Notes: a model not told the origin generated them from the sequence alone. Shown: positions 14,893 to 24,148, counted from the stretch's first letter. The stretch: 64,000 nucleotides of DNA from Candidatus Roizmanbacteria bacterium RIFCSPHIGHO2_12_FULL_37_23 (GCA_001788095.1 MFZX01000009.1:185-64184), one strand, 5' to 3'. A program made the numbers and translations.

Positions 14893-17145
14893 CTAAAATG
14901 TAATTGCTTGATTGTGTGTAACTTGTCCTTCTAATACAAGTTTTGCAACTTTATCCTCAACTTCGTCTCTAATTATTCGCTGCATATTTCGAGCTCCGAA
15001 TCGTGGATCGTATCCTTGTTGAATAAGTTTTTCAATAAATTCTTGTGAAAATTGGAGCGTGATATGATGTTTAGATTGAATATCATTCTTCATCGATTCA
15101 AGAATTTTTTGAGCAATCAGAGTAACAGTACCACTTGATAAAGGCTTATATACTACCACACCATCAAATCTATTTAAAAATTCTGGAGCGAAAATATGCG
15201 CAGCGACAAGATGATCGATGAGCTGCGTAGAAAGAGTTTGTAGGGCTTCACCGCCTTCTTGAGTTTTTTGATAAATAAAATCCGCACCCGCATTAGATGT
15301 TGCTATAACAATAAGATTTGTGCAATCAACGCGTTTTCCAAATCCGTCTGTATAATAACCTTCATCTAAAATTGTAAGAAATATATTAATCAGATCGTGG
15401 TCGGCCTTTTCGAGTTCATCAAGAAGAAGTGTGCCATATTGTTGCTCTCTGACAGATTGTGTTAATAATCCAGGTTCATTCGTTTCCGATGAGCCGATAA
15501 GTTTTGATATATCATGTTTGGATTGATAGAGAGACATGTCAAAACGAATCATGTTTTTAATATCATTGAAAAAGACCTCAGTAATTGCTTTCGCCGTTTC
15601 AGTTTTACCAACTCCGGTTGGTCCTAAAAGAAGAAATGACGCAAGAGGTTTTTTCCGCGAACCAGCTAAAACTACTGATTTTCTCAATGCCGCAGCGAGT
15701 TTTTGAAGTGCTTCATCTTGTGCTATAACGCGATTTCTAAGAGATACCTCTAAGTTTAGGAGTTTTTGCTTTATGTCTTCTGTTATCTCGGTTGGAACAT
15801 GTGTTTTCTGTTGAATGAGCGTATTAATTACATGTGGAGTCACAGCAGTACTTTTCAGATGTGATTGTGTGTACACACTAGCCTCATCTAGAAGTTCTAT
15901 TGCGTTTTCAGGTAATGGAGCGCTTGTCATAAATCGTTGTGCCATATCAACTGCCTGTTTGAGCGCAGCGAAGGTAATGGCGACTTGGTTTCTTTTTTCA
16001 AACTCTACCGCAACATCTCTTAGGATCTTGATAGCCTGTTCTGGTGTTACTTCGACTACATCGATTTTATCGAAAAGTTGAGCAATCATCTGATTTTGAT
16101 ATATATATTTTTGATAAAAATAAGGTGTGGTTGTTGCAATAAATTGCAAGGTAGGAAGTTGAGCATATTTTGTAATAACATTGGTAAGATTAATTTTGTC
16201 TTCTTCATCAGAAACATATTCATGCAGATTTGGAATCATGACGATAATATTTTTTGCATCAGCAGCTTCTTTAAATATATTCCCAAGGATTTCTTCTCTT
16301 TGAACAAAATCTGTTGAACCAGCAAGAATTTTTTCCATATCTATCTGCATAACACGCTTATATGCGAGCAAAGGGTTGCATTTCCCACCATATATTGCTG
16401 AGGATAGCGCTTCTACAATTGTTTGACGTCCAATTCCTTCCTCTCCTACGAGTAAAGCATTTGATTCGCCAGTTTTTGCTAATACTTGTTGTACTCGATC
16501 AAGCTCTTCTTTTCGACCGATAAGATGTTTATAGTGTGGTTGCGCAGTGGTAAGCTCAGTTGCATATTGGTCAAGCGTCGGAGTAAAGCCACTTGCAAGA
16601 TTTCTTCCAAGTGGAGGATTAGACATGAGACGATCAAGAGACCACCACGGGTTTTTATGGAGGTCCCTAAAATAGATTTGGAACCACTCGTCTACTTCTT
16701 GGCGACTTGATTCATCAGTAAGATGGCGTTTCATAAAATCGTTATATGCTCGTTGTTTTTCTTGATCGGGGCTTGGTTGAGCTTTGTAAAATAAATAAGC
16801 AAGAGGTAGGAAAATAATTACCATAAGATATCCTATTGGAAGGAGCAATACATAACAAATCTGTACAACGACATATGCGAACAGAATCGTTGACCGAATC
16901 CATAAGCCCATAAAGCGGGAAACTATATTGTTTGTAATCCTTTCTGTGAATTCATTCATTGAAAAACCAGCCCTTGTTTTTTTTATGACAATATTTTTCC
17001 AAGGAGCAAACAACGACTTCAGTAAGCGTTCTACTGAGAAAAAATAAGGCAGGAAGATGAACAGATTGATAATTGCAGTATGAGTATTGTGCAATTTTTT
17101 GTTAGCATATGTGACTAAGTTGTCATGCATAATTCCAGTATACAA
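14893..17145 (-). CDS. membrane-anchored Clp/Hsp100-like AAA+ ATPase (degenerate D1, intact D2)
   Basis: The N-terminal ~130 aa are hydrophobic helices in place of a Clp_N domain. D1 has GEEGIGRQT and no DE Walker B (IVMIPNLHEY). D2 has GPTGVGKTE and LLLDELEKA. A ClpB_D2-small-like C-terminus is present. Confidence 0.75.
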   Translation of the reverse strand: MYTGIMHDNLVTYANKKLHNTHTAIINLFIFLPYFFSVERLLKSLFAPWKNIVIKKTRAGFSMNEFTERITNNIVSRFMGLWIRSTILFAYVVVQICYVLLLPIGYLMVIIFLPLAYLFYKAQPSPDQEKQRAYNDFMKRHLTDESSRQEVDEWFQIYFRDLHKNPWWSLDRLMSNPPLGRNLASGFTPTLDQYATELTTAQPHYKHLIGRKEELDRVQQVLAKTGESNALLVGEEGIGRQTIVEALSSAIYGGKCNPLLAYKRVMQIDMEKILAGSTDFVQREEILGNIFKEAADAKNIIVMIPNLHEYVSDEEDKINLTNVITKYAQLPTLQFIATTTPYFYQKYIYQNQMIAQLFDKIDVVEVTPEQAIKILRDVAVEFEKRNQVAITFAALKQAVDMAQRFMTSAPLPENAIELLDEASVYTQSHLKSTAVTPHVINTLIQQKTHVPTEITEDIKQKLLNLEVSLRNRVIAQDEALQKLAAALRKSVVLAGSRKKPLASFLLLGPTGVGKTETAKAITEVFFNDIKNMIRFDMSLYQSKHDISKLIGSSETNEPGLLTQSVREQQYGTLLLDELEKADHDLINIFLTILDEGYYTDGFGKRVDCTNLIVIATSNAGADFIYQKTQEGGEALQTLSTQLIDHLVAAHIFAPEFLNRFDGVVVYKPLSSGTVTLIAQKILESMKNDIQSKHHITLQFSQEFIEKLIQQGYDPRFGARNMQRIIRDEVEDKVAKLVLEGQVTHNQAITF

Positions 17146-17171
17146 TATTATGATATAATGTCGGCTTATAT

Positions 17172-17828
17172 ATGTTTAAGATCAATAAATTTGATCTGCT
17201 TGTCTCCATTTATATCTTCTGTATAGCAGTTGCTGAATTTATGGGAGCAAAGACCTTTCCTCTTATTGCGATTGGTGATTTTAGACTCAATGCAAGTGTT
17301 GCAATCTTTGTAATTCCTATTTTATTCACCATAAATGACATCATAATCGAAGTACACGGTAAAGAACGAGCACGCAGTGTTGTAAGATCTGGATTGTTGG
17401 TTATATTTCTTATATTTCTATTTACCATACTAGCAACGGTCCTTCCACCATCGTCACGGTTTATTGAGACAGAAGCAGCGTATGATGAGGTTTTTCATCG
17501 ATCAATAAGAATTTCAGCTGCGAGCTTAATTGCATTTGCTTTTGCAGAATTTCTTGATATTTATATTTTTGCTAAAATCAGAGAATCTTTGGGTAAGAGT
17601 AAACTCTGGTTGCGCAATAATGTGTCGAACATTTCTGCTCAATTTATTGACACAGTAATATTTATGTCACTCGCCTTCTATGGATTCGATAAGACTCCCC
17701 TTTCTAATGTGACGTTTCTTGTAAGTCTGATATTACCTTATTGGCTACTTAAATCATCAATGTCTATAATAGAAACACCCTTTGTATATATAGGTGTTAA
17801 GTGGTTACGTAAGGACAAATTACCATGA
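17172..17828 (+). CDS. queuosine-precursor transporter family protein (YhhQ/DUF165, VUT family)
   Basis: 218 aa with 6 TM-like segments and an N-terminal pattern (FVIPILFTINDIIIEVHGKERAR) typical of YhhQ. Confidence 0.7.
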   Translation: MFKINKFDLLVSIYIFCIAVAEFMGAKTFPLIAIGDFRLNASVAIFVIPILFTINDIIIEVHGKERARSVVRSGLLVIFLIFLFTILATVLPPSSRFIETEAAYDEVFHRSIRISAASLIAFAFAEFLDIYIFAKIRESLGKSKLWLRNNVSNISAQFIDTVIFMSLAFYGFDKTPLSNVTFLVSLILPYWLLKSSMSIIETPFVYIGVKWLRKDKLP

Positions 17829-18355
17829 AAGTAATCGCTCTTATTGTTCAAAGCATTAACGGAAGAATCACTAAGGGATCTGACGAAAAGGTATATCAAT
17901 GGACTTCTGGTGAAGATAAGGAGCATTTAAAAAAGATGACCTCTAAAGCTTCACTTATTGTAATGGGTAGTACTACCTATGAAGCATTTAAGAAATATAT
18001 TCAACTCTCTCCTAATACCTTAAGGATGGTAATGACATCTCAACCAGAGAAATATAAGGATGATATTGTCATTGGACAACTAGAATTTGTTAATAAAAGC
18101 CCTAAGGAACTTGTTGAAAAATATGAGAAAAAAGGTTATAAAGAGTTATTACTCCTAGGCGGTTCTAAAATCTATTCAAGTTTTCTTGAAGCAGGATTAC
18201 TTAACGAGCTTCTCATAACAATTGAACCAGTACTTTTTGGAACCGGAACTCCTTTTATTGAGTCACATAAACACGTATCCTTGAAGCTTGTTTCAATAGA
18301 AAAACTCAACGATAAAGGAACATTACTTCTAAAATATAGCGTCTATCCTTCGTAG
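17825..18355 (+). CDS. dihydrofolate reductase family protein (RibD C-terminal domain type)
   Basis: 176 aa with MKVIALIVQSINGRIT...VMGSTTYE...LLLLGGSKIYSSFL. Start overlaps the yhhQ-like stop (ATGA). Confidence 0.65.
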   Translation: MKVIALIVQSINGRITKGSDEKVYQWTSGEDKEHLKKMTSKASLIVMGSTTYEAFKKYIQLSPNTLRMVMTSQPEKYKDDIVIGQLEFVNKSPKELVEKYEKKGYKELLLLGGSKIYSSFLEAGLLNELLITIEPVLFGTGTPFIESHKHVSLKLVSIEKLNDKGTLLLKYSVYPS

Positions 18356-19293
18356 AACCCTCCTGCGATAGTGAGGTCTCCTTTAATGGGAGGATGAGGA
18401 TCATAGTTTTCAAGAGTGATCTTTTCAGTTGTAAAATCTCTGATTTCGCTAAGAGAAGAATCAATCTTTACAGTAGGTAAAGTTCTTGGTTTTCTGGAAA
18501 GTTGTTCTTTGACTTGGTCCTTGTGGTTTTCATAGATATGAGCATCGCCAAACGTGTGAACAAATTCACCAGGTTTGACTTTGAGTATGTGGGCAAGAAT
18601 GAGATTTAGTAAGGCATAACTAGCTATGTTAAAGGGAACACCAAGGAAAAGATCAGCACTTCTCTGATAGAGTTGTAGATAAAGTCTATTATCCTTAATA
18701 CTTAGTTGATACATGTTATGGCACATGGGAAAGTGAGACGTATCTCTGTAATGTGCCATAGTATATAGATATTCAGGATTCCATGAAGTTACAATAGCAT
18801 TTCGTGCATATGGATCAGCTCGGAGCTCGTTAATTGCCCAGTCCAATTGATCTATAGTCTTTTTTGATCTCGTTGGCCATCTCCTCCATAATTCTCCATA
18901 AATTCTTGGCAAATTTCCCCATTTTTGCGCAAATTTAGTATCATTTCTAATTTTTTCAATAAATTTCTCCTTGGTCATTGTGGGTAGTTTGTGGGTTGGA
19001 GCTTGCTGATTGTAAATTTTATACGGATAATCATCCCAAATATGCACATTATTATCGACAAGATATTTTATATTTGAATTTCCAGAGGCAAACCAATAGA
19101 GTTCATGCAATACTCCTTTCCAGTATACGCGCTTAGTAGTTAATAGTGGAAATCCTTGTGAAAGATCGAATCGTAATTGTCTCCCAAAAACGCTGAGTGA
19201 TGTCACGCCTGTTCCGCGGTCGACATTCTCTACACCTTTTTCAAGGACTTCTCGAAGTAAATCTAAATATTGTTGTTCTGGATGAATTATCAT
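18343..19293 (-). CDS. thyA: thymidylate synthase (ThyA, long form)
   Basis: FPLLTTKRV, the catalytic Cys context FPMCHNMYQL, and QRSADLFLGVPFNIASYALL. 316 aa. Confidence 0.9.
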   Translation of the reverse strand: MIIHPEQQYLDLLREVLEKGVENVDRGTGVTSLSVFGRQLRFDLSQGFPLLTTKRVYWKGVLHELYWFASGNSNIKYLVDNNVHIWDDYPYKIYNQQAPTHKLPTMTKEKFIEKIRNDTKFAQKWGNLPRIYGELWRRWPTRSKKTIDQLDWAINELRADPYARNAIVTSWNPEYLYTMAHYRDTSHFPMCHNMYQLSIKDNRLYLQLYQRSADLFLGVPFNIASYALLNLILAHILKVKPGEFVHTFGDAHIYENHKDQVKEQLSRKPRTLPTVKIDSSLSEIRDFTTEKITLENYDPHPPIKGDLTIAGGFYEG

Positions 19294-19832
19294 ACTTGTT
19301 TTTCTCTCTTCTCAGTCGTAACTCTTCCACCTTGCCATTGACCCCTGTAGCTCTCTCCTCCTCCATCGACCCAGAAAAATTGAATATGAGCGAATCTACA
19401 GCCTAATTCCATAACTACGGGAATTGGTCCTGCATTAAATGCACCAAAGGTTAGCGAGCCTTTATAACCAGGCTGCACTGCTCCTGTACGAATTATAAGA
19501 CCACTTCTGAATGTTGTCGTACGTGGTTTTATCTGCGCTGTGATGTCAACTGGTAAATTGACTTCTTCGAGTGTCTGCAATAAGTAAAATTCTTGAGGAT
19601 TAAACCGAAGTTCTTGCTTTTTAGATTTAATATACGTATAGAGAGTCTCAATGGTTGGAGTCTCTCTATCTCTTATTCCAAGAAAAGCTGATCCTCCAGA
19701 TATTTTATGTACTGCGCCAAGACGTAGATCAAAACCTGCTCCCTCAGGATTTTCTAATTCACGCCGATCAAGTCCGGTGACAAGCCGTTCATCCTTGACG
19801 AGTTTAAGAAGTTTCTTTGGTCCAATAATCAT
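19290..19832 (-). CDS. dCTP deaminase/dUTPase-fold protein lacking the deaminase catalytic Glu (dUTPase-like candidate)
   Basis: 180 aa with GFDLRLG and the RSGLIIRTGAVQPGYKGSLTFGAFN core. The neighbouring paralog reads LVLELSN where this one reads LTFGAFN. Stop overlaps the thyA start by 4 nt. Confidence 0.55.
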   Translation of the reverse strand: MIIGPKKLLKLVKDERLVTGLDRRELENPEGAGFDLRLGAVHKISGGSAFLGIRDRETPTIETLYTYIKSKKQELRFNPQEFYLLQTLEEVNLPVDITAQIKPRTTTFRSGLIIRTGAVQPGYKGSLTFGAFNAGPIPVVMELGCRFAHIQFFWVDGGGESYRGQWQGGRVTTEKREKQV

Positions 19833-19862
19833 TTTTATAGAAACTAATTTTTAAATTATAAA

Positions 19863-20435
19863 TTATGATAAGTCTTTTTTGTCTATTTTTGATGCAACGC
19901 TCCCTTTTTGATTGACATACTTTGCCATTTTATTTTTATAATAGGGTGTTTCAGCATTACTGGTCATTTCTTCAAAAGATAATGCACACACTCTCATTCC
20001 TGGATACAAAGCGACCGGCAATCGAGCGATATTGCTTAACTCGAGAACAAGGTTTCCCCTCCACCCCGGTGGAATAAGTTGTGCGGTAGCATGGACAATA
20101 ATGCCGATCCTACCAAGCGATGATCTTCCCTCTAATCGAGCGGCAATATTGTCTGGTAGTTCGATCCATTCTGCTGTAGACGCTAAAACAAGTTCTCCTG
20201 GCTGGACAGTAAAAGGTACATTATTAGGAATTTTAATGGGTCTCGTCAATTCAGAAGGAACGCCTTTTTGAATATCAATATATGGGGTTACAGTATACTC
20301 AAATACTCTAAAATTTGTTCCCAATCGAAGATCTAAAGAACAAGGACCTAGTTGAGTGGAAAAGTCCGGAATAGGTTTAATAATAATATTTTTCTGTTTA
20401 ATATTTCTTCTTATGTCTTTATCTGAAAGAAGCAT
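19863..20435 (-). CDS. dcd: dCTP deaminase
   Basis: MLLSDKDI start, SLDLRLG, and SSLGRIGIIVHATAQLIPPGWRGNLVLELSN with the conserved Glu. Confidence 0.85.
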   Translation of the reverse strand: MLLSDKDIRRNIKQKNIIIKPIPDFSTQLGPCSLDLRLGTNFRVFEYTVTPYIDIQKGVPSELTRPIKIPNNVPFTVQPGELVLASTAEWIELPDNIAARLEGRSSLGRIGIIVHATAQLIPPGWRGNLVLELSNIARLPVALYPGMRVCALSFEEMTSNAETPYYKNKMAKYVNQKGSVASKIDKKDLS

Positions 20436-20497
20436 GAAGCGATTATAACCGAGTTCATTGCAATTTGTAAAGTCGGATATTATAATTGCTTAAGCGA

Positions 20498-20569
20498 GGG
20501 TGCGTGGCTCAGTGGTAGAGCGCGTTCCTGATAAGAACGAGGTCCCAGGTTCGATCCCTGGCGCACCCA
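20498..20569 (+). tRNA. tRNA-Ile (anticodon GAU)
   Basis: GGGTGCGTGGCTCAGTGGTAGAGCGCGTTCCTGATAAGAACGAGGTCCCAGGTTCGATCCCTGGCGCACCCA. Acceptor is GGGTGCG/CGCACCC and the anticodon loop is CTGATAA. No encoded CCA. Confidence 0.9.
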
Positions 20570-20602
20570 CAGTAGTAAAATACTTGGAAATCCCACGCCC
20601 AC

Positions 20603-21520
20603 CTATAAGAAGTCCTCTCTGATGAAAGCGAATAACAGAAATCCGGTGACCACGATCATAAACAATAAAATCGCAAAAAATGCCCATGGTTTATCTGCAA
20701 AGGGTATATTTACGTTCATTCCATAAATACTTGCAATCATTGTTGGAACAGTGAGAATAACCGTTACAGATGTCAGAAGTTTAATAACACGATTTAAATT
20801 ATTCGTCATGATTGTTGAATATGCCTCTCGAATATTGACAATGGTTCGAATACTGTCGTCTGACAATTCAATCAGCTGTTTATTTGATAACATAATATCT
20901 TCAACCAAATCTTTATCCTTTTCATAAAGCGTTACGTGCTTGCTCTTAAGTAATGCGTCAAGTATTGAGTTTGTACGGACCAAAACTGGTCTGAAATCGT
21001 TAACTATTCCTTCGTAAGTTACAAATTGCACAATGTCTTCGTTCTTAATTTTCTCAAGTTTAATTTCCTTCGCACGAATGTCTCGACTAATGCGATTAAG
21101 ATATGTGTTATAGATTTTGTTTAACTGTTGAACGAGTTGTAGTAATAATTTAATTTTTTGTGTGGTAAATAATTCTTTTGACTGTACGAGGGTTTGAATA
21201 AATTCCGGAGAAGATGGGGAGATTGTTGCAATAAATTTATCAGCGATACAAAATAGGATAGGGATTGTCTTAACTTCGTCATTGTCATCGAACGGATATC
21301 TTGTGTATATATAAACATCCCCATGTTCTATCTCAATACGGGGAACCTCATACATATCTAAAGCATCTTTTAGTAAACCTTTATCAAGATCTAATTCTTT
21401 TTCAAGAAACGTAAGTTCAGATTGTTCAGGATTGACAACATGAACCCATGATCCAACCTTAAAGTTTTCAAGTTGCTGAAGCGCATCATCCTTGATGTTG
21501 CGATAATAATACGTAATCAT
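20603..21520 (-). CDS. corA: CorA-family magnesium/cobalt transporter
   Basis: 305 aa with two C-terminal TM helices and the YGMNV signature. Confidence 0.85.
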   Translation of the reverse strand: MITYYYRNIKDDALQQLENFKVGSWVHVVNPEQSELTFLEKELDLDKGLLKDALDMYEVPRIEIEHGDVYIYTRYPFDDNDEVKTIPILFCIADKFIATISPSSPEFIQTLVQSKELFTTQKIKLLLQLVQQLNKIYNTYLNRISRDIRAKEIKLEKIKNEDIVQFVTYEGIVNDFRPVLVRTNSILDALLKSKHVTLYEKDKDLVEDIMLSNKQLIELSDDSIRTIVNIREAYSTIMTNNLNRVIKLLTSVTVILTVPTMIASIYGMNVNIPFADKPWAFFAILLFMIVVTGFLLFAFIREDFL

Positions 21521-21608
21521 ATCGATTTTTGAATTCTAATTTCCAGGAATTAATTGAATCTTATCTACAGCATATATATAAACAAGAGAGATTTCAAGCA
21601 AAAAATGT

Positions 21609-22499
21609 TTATGCAAGCCACTCAGCGATAATTTTTCCAACCTTTTTCCTATGATTATGAAATGAATGGTCAGCGTTTTTAATAATTTTATATGTAAGTT
21701 GTGGTTGGTATTCCTTAAGAATTTTGATAATTTTTGAAACATTACCCCACGCATACTCATCATTTTCGCCATATATAACTAATGATGGTTTATTCAGTGA
21801 TTTATACATTTTAAATAATTCTTGTTTACGGGATAACATTGTTTTTCTCAGGACTTCATAAAAAGGAAAAACATTATAATCTCCGTCTGGATTAGCAATA
21901 TCGAAGAAACCTTTATATGAAAAAATTTCGCCTGGCAGTAATTCGCATATTATGTCCTGTCCATTACCTTTCTTGATTTGTTGTCGTGCTTTTTCAAGAA
22001 GAGGCCAAAACTTTTCAGGACCATACATATCGTAGTATATTCCAACGTCGTCTCCCCCGCCTAGAAGTACGTATTTACTAATAGGATTTTCTGGTTTGTA
22101 AAAATGATAGATACAAATTTTATTTGCGCCTGTTGATTCTCCAATTAAATAAAATTCATTAAAGCCTTGTTGTTTCAGGAATAGAACTGCCGCGTCAATG
22201 TCTTGAATACAATCTTTAATAATTTCATAAGCCATACCAAATAGTTGATCATCATCAGTGTCCTGTATTTCAAGTTTTGTTATATAATGGGCTCCTCGAT
22301 TATTAAAAGATAAAAGAGAGACCCCTTTTTTTGCAAGTTCCTCAGCATATTCAGCACGACCTTTTCCATAAAAAACAGACGAACTTCCATTACCGTGTAA
22401 AAAAATTGCTGCTTTTGTAGATTTTGCTGCATGAAAAAGCAGTCCGGGAAGTTCTAAATTGTCTTTTGTAGTAAAGTGAATAAGTTTTGGCTCTAGCAT
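21609..22499 (-). CDS. alpha/beta hydrolase
   Basis: 296 aa with HG oxyanion region (FLHGNGSS), nucleophile elbow GESTG, and a C-terminal ADHSF His motif. Confidence 0.7.
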   Translation of the reverse strand: MLEPKLIHFTTKDNLELPGLLFHAAKSTKAAIFLHGNGSSSVFYGKGRAEYAEELAKKGVSLLSFNNRGAHYITKLEIQDTDDDQLFGMAYEIIKDCIQDIDAAVLFLKQQGFNEFYLIGESTGANKICIYHFYKPENPISKYVLLGGGDDVGIYYDMYGPEKFWPLLEKARQQIKKGNGQDIICELLPGEIFSYKGFFDIANPDGDYNVFPFYEVLRKTMLSRKQELFKMYKSLNKPSLVIYGENDEYAWGNVSKIIKILKEYQPQLTYKIIKNADHSFHNHRKKVGKIIAEWLA

Positions 22500-22546
22500 A
22501 AGCCAATTATACCATGAATATCATGTTAAAATACACGATGTTGATG

Positions 22547-23017
22547 TCATAGATGTAATATAACCTCATCATCGGGGAGAGAATGCTTTTCGCTAAAGAT
22601 CTTGATCATTTTTGGAGTAACTTTATATACTTTACTTGTCATAATTTTAGCCTGAAAATTTTTGAAGTTTAGTTTCTCCTTTGTGCTTGGGTAAAGTTTG
22701 TTATACATTCTAAGCATCCATTTAATTGTAGCTAGTTCATTTTCCATTGTAGCGTGACCGTATAATTGAAGTCCAACTTTTTTATCACGTGCTTTTTGGC
22801 TAGAGTCAGCAATAGCACATGCCACACTATTATTTTTCAAGATCTGCTTACAATGATAAGAACTAGCCGGTGAAATAAAGTATAGATTCAAATTATTGTC
22901 AGATACATAATAAACTGAGGCTATCCACGGGTGATCAGCACACGTGGCAATAGCCATGAGTCGACATTCAGCTAAAATTTCATGAACTATCTCTTTATAA
23001 TCTCGTTGAGTGGACAT
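22547..23017 (-). CDS. pyridoxamine 5'-phosphate oxidase-like FMN-binding family protein
   Basis: 156 aa with a split-barrel-family pattern (MAIATCADHPWIASVYYV...LYFIS). Its start codon overlaps the pyrD stop. Confidence 0.55.
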   Translation of the reverse strand: MSTQRDYKEIVHEILAECRLMAIATCADHPWIASVYYVSDNNLNLYFISPASSYHCKQILKNNSVACAIADSSQKARDKKVGLQLYGHATMENELATIKWMLRMYNKLYPSTKEKLNFKNFQAKIMTSKVYKVTPKMIKIFSEKHSLPDDEVILHL

Positions 23018-24141
23018 TATTTTATATTATAAGTTCCAACAGCTTGACTTATATTTGTATATCCATCCTTATTAAGCAATTCTACGAGTCCCTTATTAAT
23101 ATCACCAATGAGTTGAGGTCCTTCAAATATCATACCCGTAATTAATTGTAAAAGTGAAGCACCTCTTTTAATCTTTTCATAAGCATCTTCGGCAGAAAAA
23201 ATTCCACCCACACCTATAATTATAAATCTATTACCATATGTCTGAAAAGTTTTAGAAATAAGATTATTTGATAACTCCCAGGTTGGTTTACCACTTATTC
23301 CACCTTTTATATCTAGAGGAATCAAATCTTTTATAGCTTTGCTATGGTGATCCTTGTTAAGATTTCCTATTATCACACCAGATATCTTAAACTGCATCGC
23401 TATATCTAGAAGTTTTTTAAACTCTTTCCACGGAAGGTTTATAGGCATTTTGAGAAATATTGGCATACTAATTTTTAATGAGTTGAGTTTAAACAATAGT
23501 TTTTTGAGTCTTTCTTCTGTCGTAAAAGGTTCTCCTCCAAAAGTGTTTGGGCACGAAATATTAATGGTATAAAAATTACCGGTGTTACTCTTAACAAGTT
23601 CTTTAAGACAATTATAATAGTCATTAATGCCATTTCTTGTAGATGAGGTAGCAGAACTATTTGTTTTTCCTACGGAAACACTTAGCGGAAATTCAGGATC
23701 CTTCTGTTTTTGAATTCTTTGAATGATTTTCTTAACACCAAGGTTTTTTAACCCGTAATTTACTATGATACCTTTAGTTTGTATAAGTCGATAGAGTCGT
23801 GGTTTCGGATTTCCCTCATACGGTTTGTATGTTACTGTTCCAATTTCTGCAAAACCAAATCCTATATGGGGCAGGATATTAATTAATTGGGCATCTTTAT
23901 CAAAACCAGCAGCTAAACCTACAGGATTTTTAAATGGTATGCCATGTATCGTTTGTTCTAAAGAGGGATGTTGATATGAAAACAATAATCTTGTGAGGGA
24001 TTTTGTAATAGAGAATCTGCCTAAGATCTTTCCAACTTGTAAAAATAGATCATGAACTGTCTCAGGATCAAAACGGAAGAGAATGGGTTTAACTAAGTGT
24101 TTATAGGTGACACTAATGATTGATGATTTGTACATATGCAT
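23017..24141 (-). CDS. pyrD: dihydroorotate dehydrogenase, class-2-like scaffold with Cys at the catalytic-base position
   Basis: 374 aa with an N-terminal extension (FDPETVHD), NPVGLAAGFDKDAQ, NISCPNT, and the C-terminal GVGGIFSAEDAYEKIKRGASLLQL motif. Confidence 0.8.
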   Translation of the reverse strand: MHMYKSSIISVTYKHLVKPILFRFDPETVHDLFLQVGKILGRFSITKSLTRLLFSYQHPSLEQTIHGIPFKNPVGLAAGFDKDAQLINILPHIGFGFAEIGTVTYKPYEGNPKPRLYRLIQTKGIIVNYGLKNLGVKKIIQRIQKQKDPEFPLSVSVGKTNSSATSSTRNGINDYYNCLKELVKSNTGNFYTINISCPNTFGGEPFTTEERLKKLLFKLNSLKISMPIFLKMPINLPWKEFKKLLDIAMQFKISGVIIGNLNKDHHSKAIKDLIPLDIKGGISGKPTWELSNNLISKTFQTYGNRFIIIGVGGIFSAEDAYEKIKRGASLLQLITGMIFEGPQLIGDINKGLVELLNKDGYTNISQAVGTYNIK

Positions 24142-24148
24142 AACCTTG

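Noticed and set aside
17146-17171. preQ1 riboswitch expected upstream of the YhhQ-type queuosine-precursor transporter
   Set aside because: The intergenic spacer is only 26 nt and consists of a TGaTATAAT promoter-like box. There is no room for, or resemblance to, the preQ1-I aptamer.
17826-17828. Alternative genetic code with UGA reassigned, as in some CPR lineages (code 25)
   Set aside because: TGA terminates the YhhQ-like gene at a family-typical length (ATGA overlap with the next gene). All recognisable proteins are full length under the standard bacterial code, with no in-frame TGA interruptions needed.
20490-20687. 65-aa ORF on the minus strand
   Set aside because: It overlaps the tRNA-Ile gene and the CorA C-terminus, and has no independent support.
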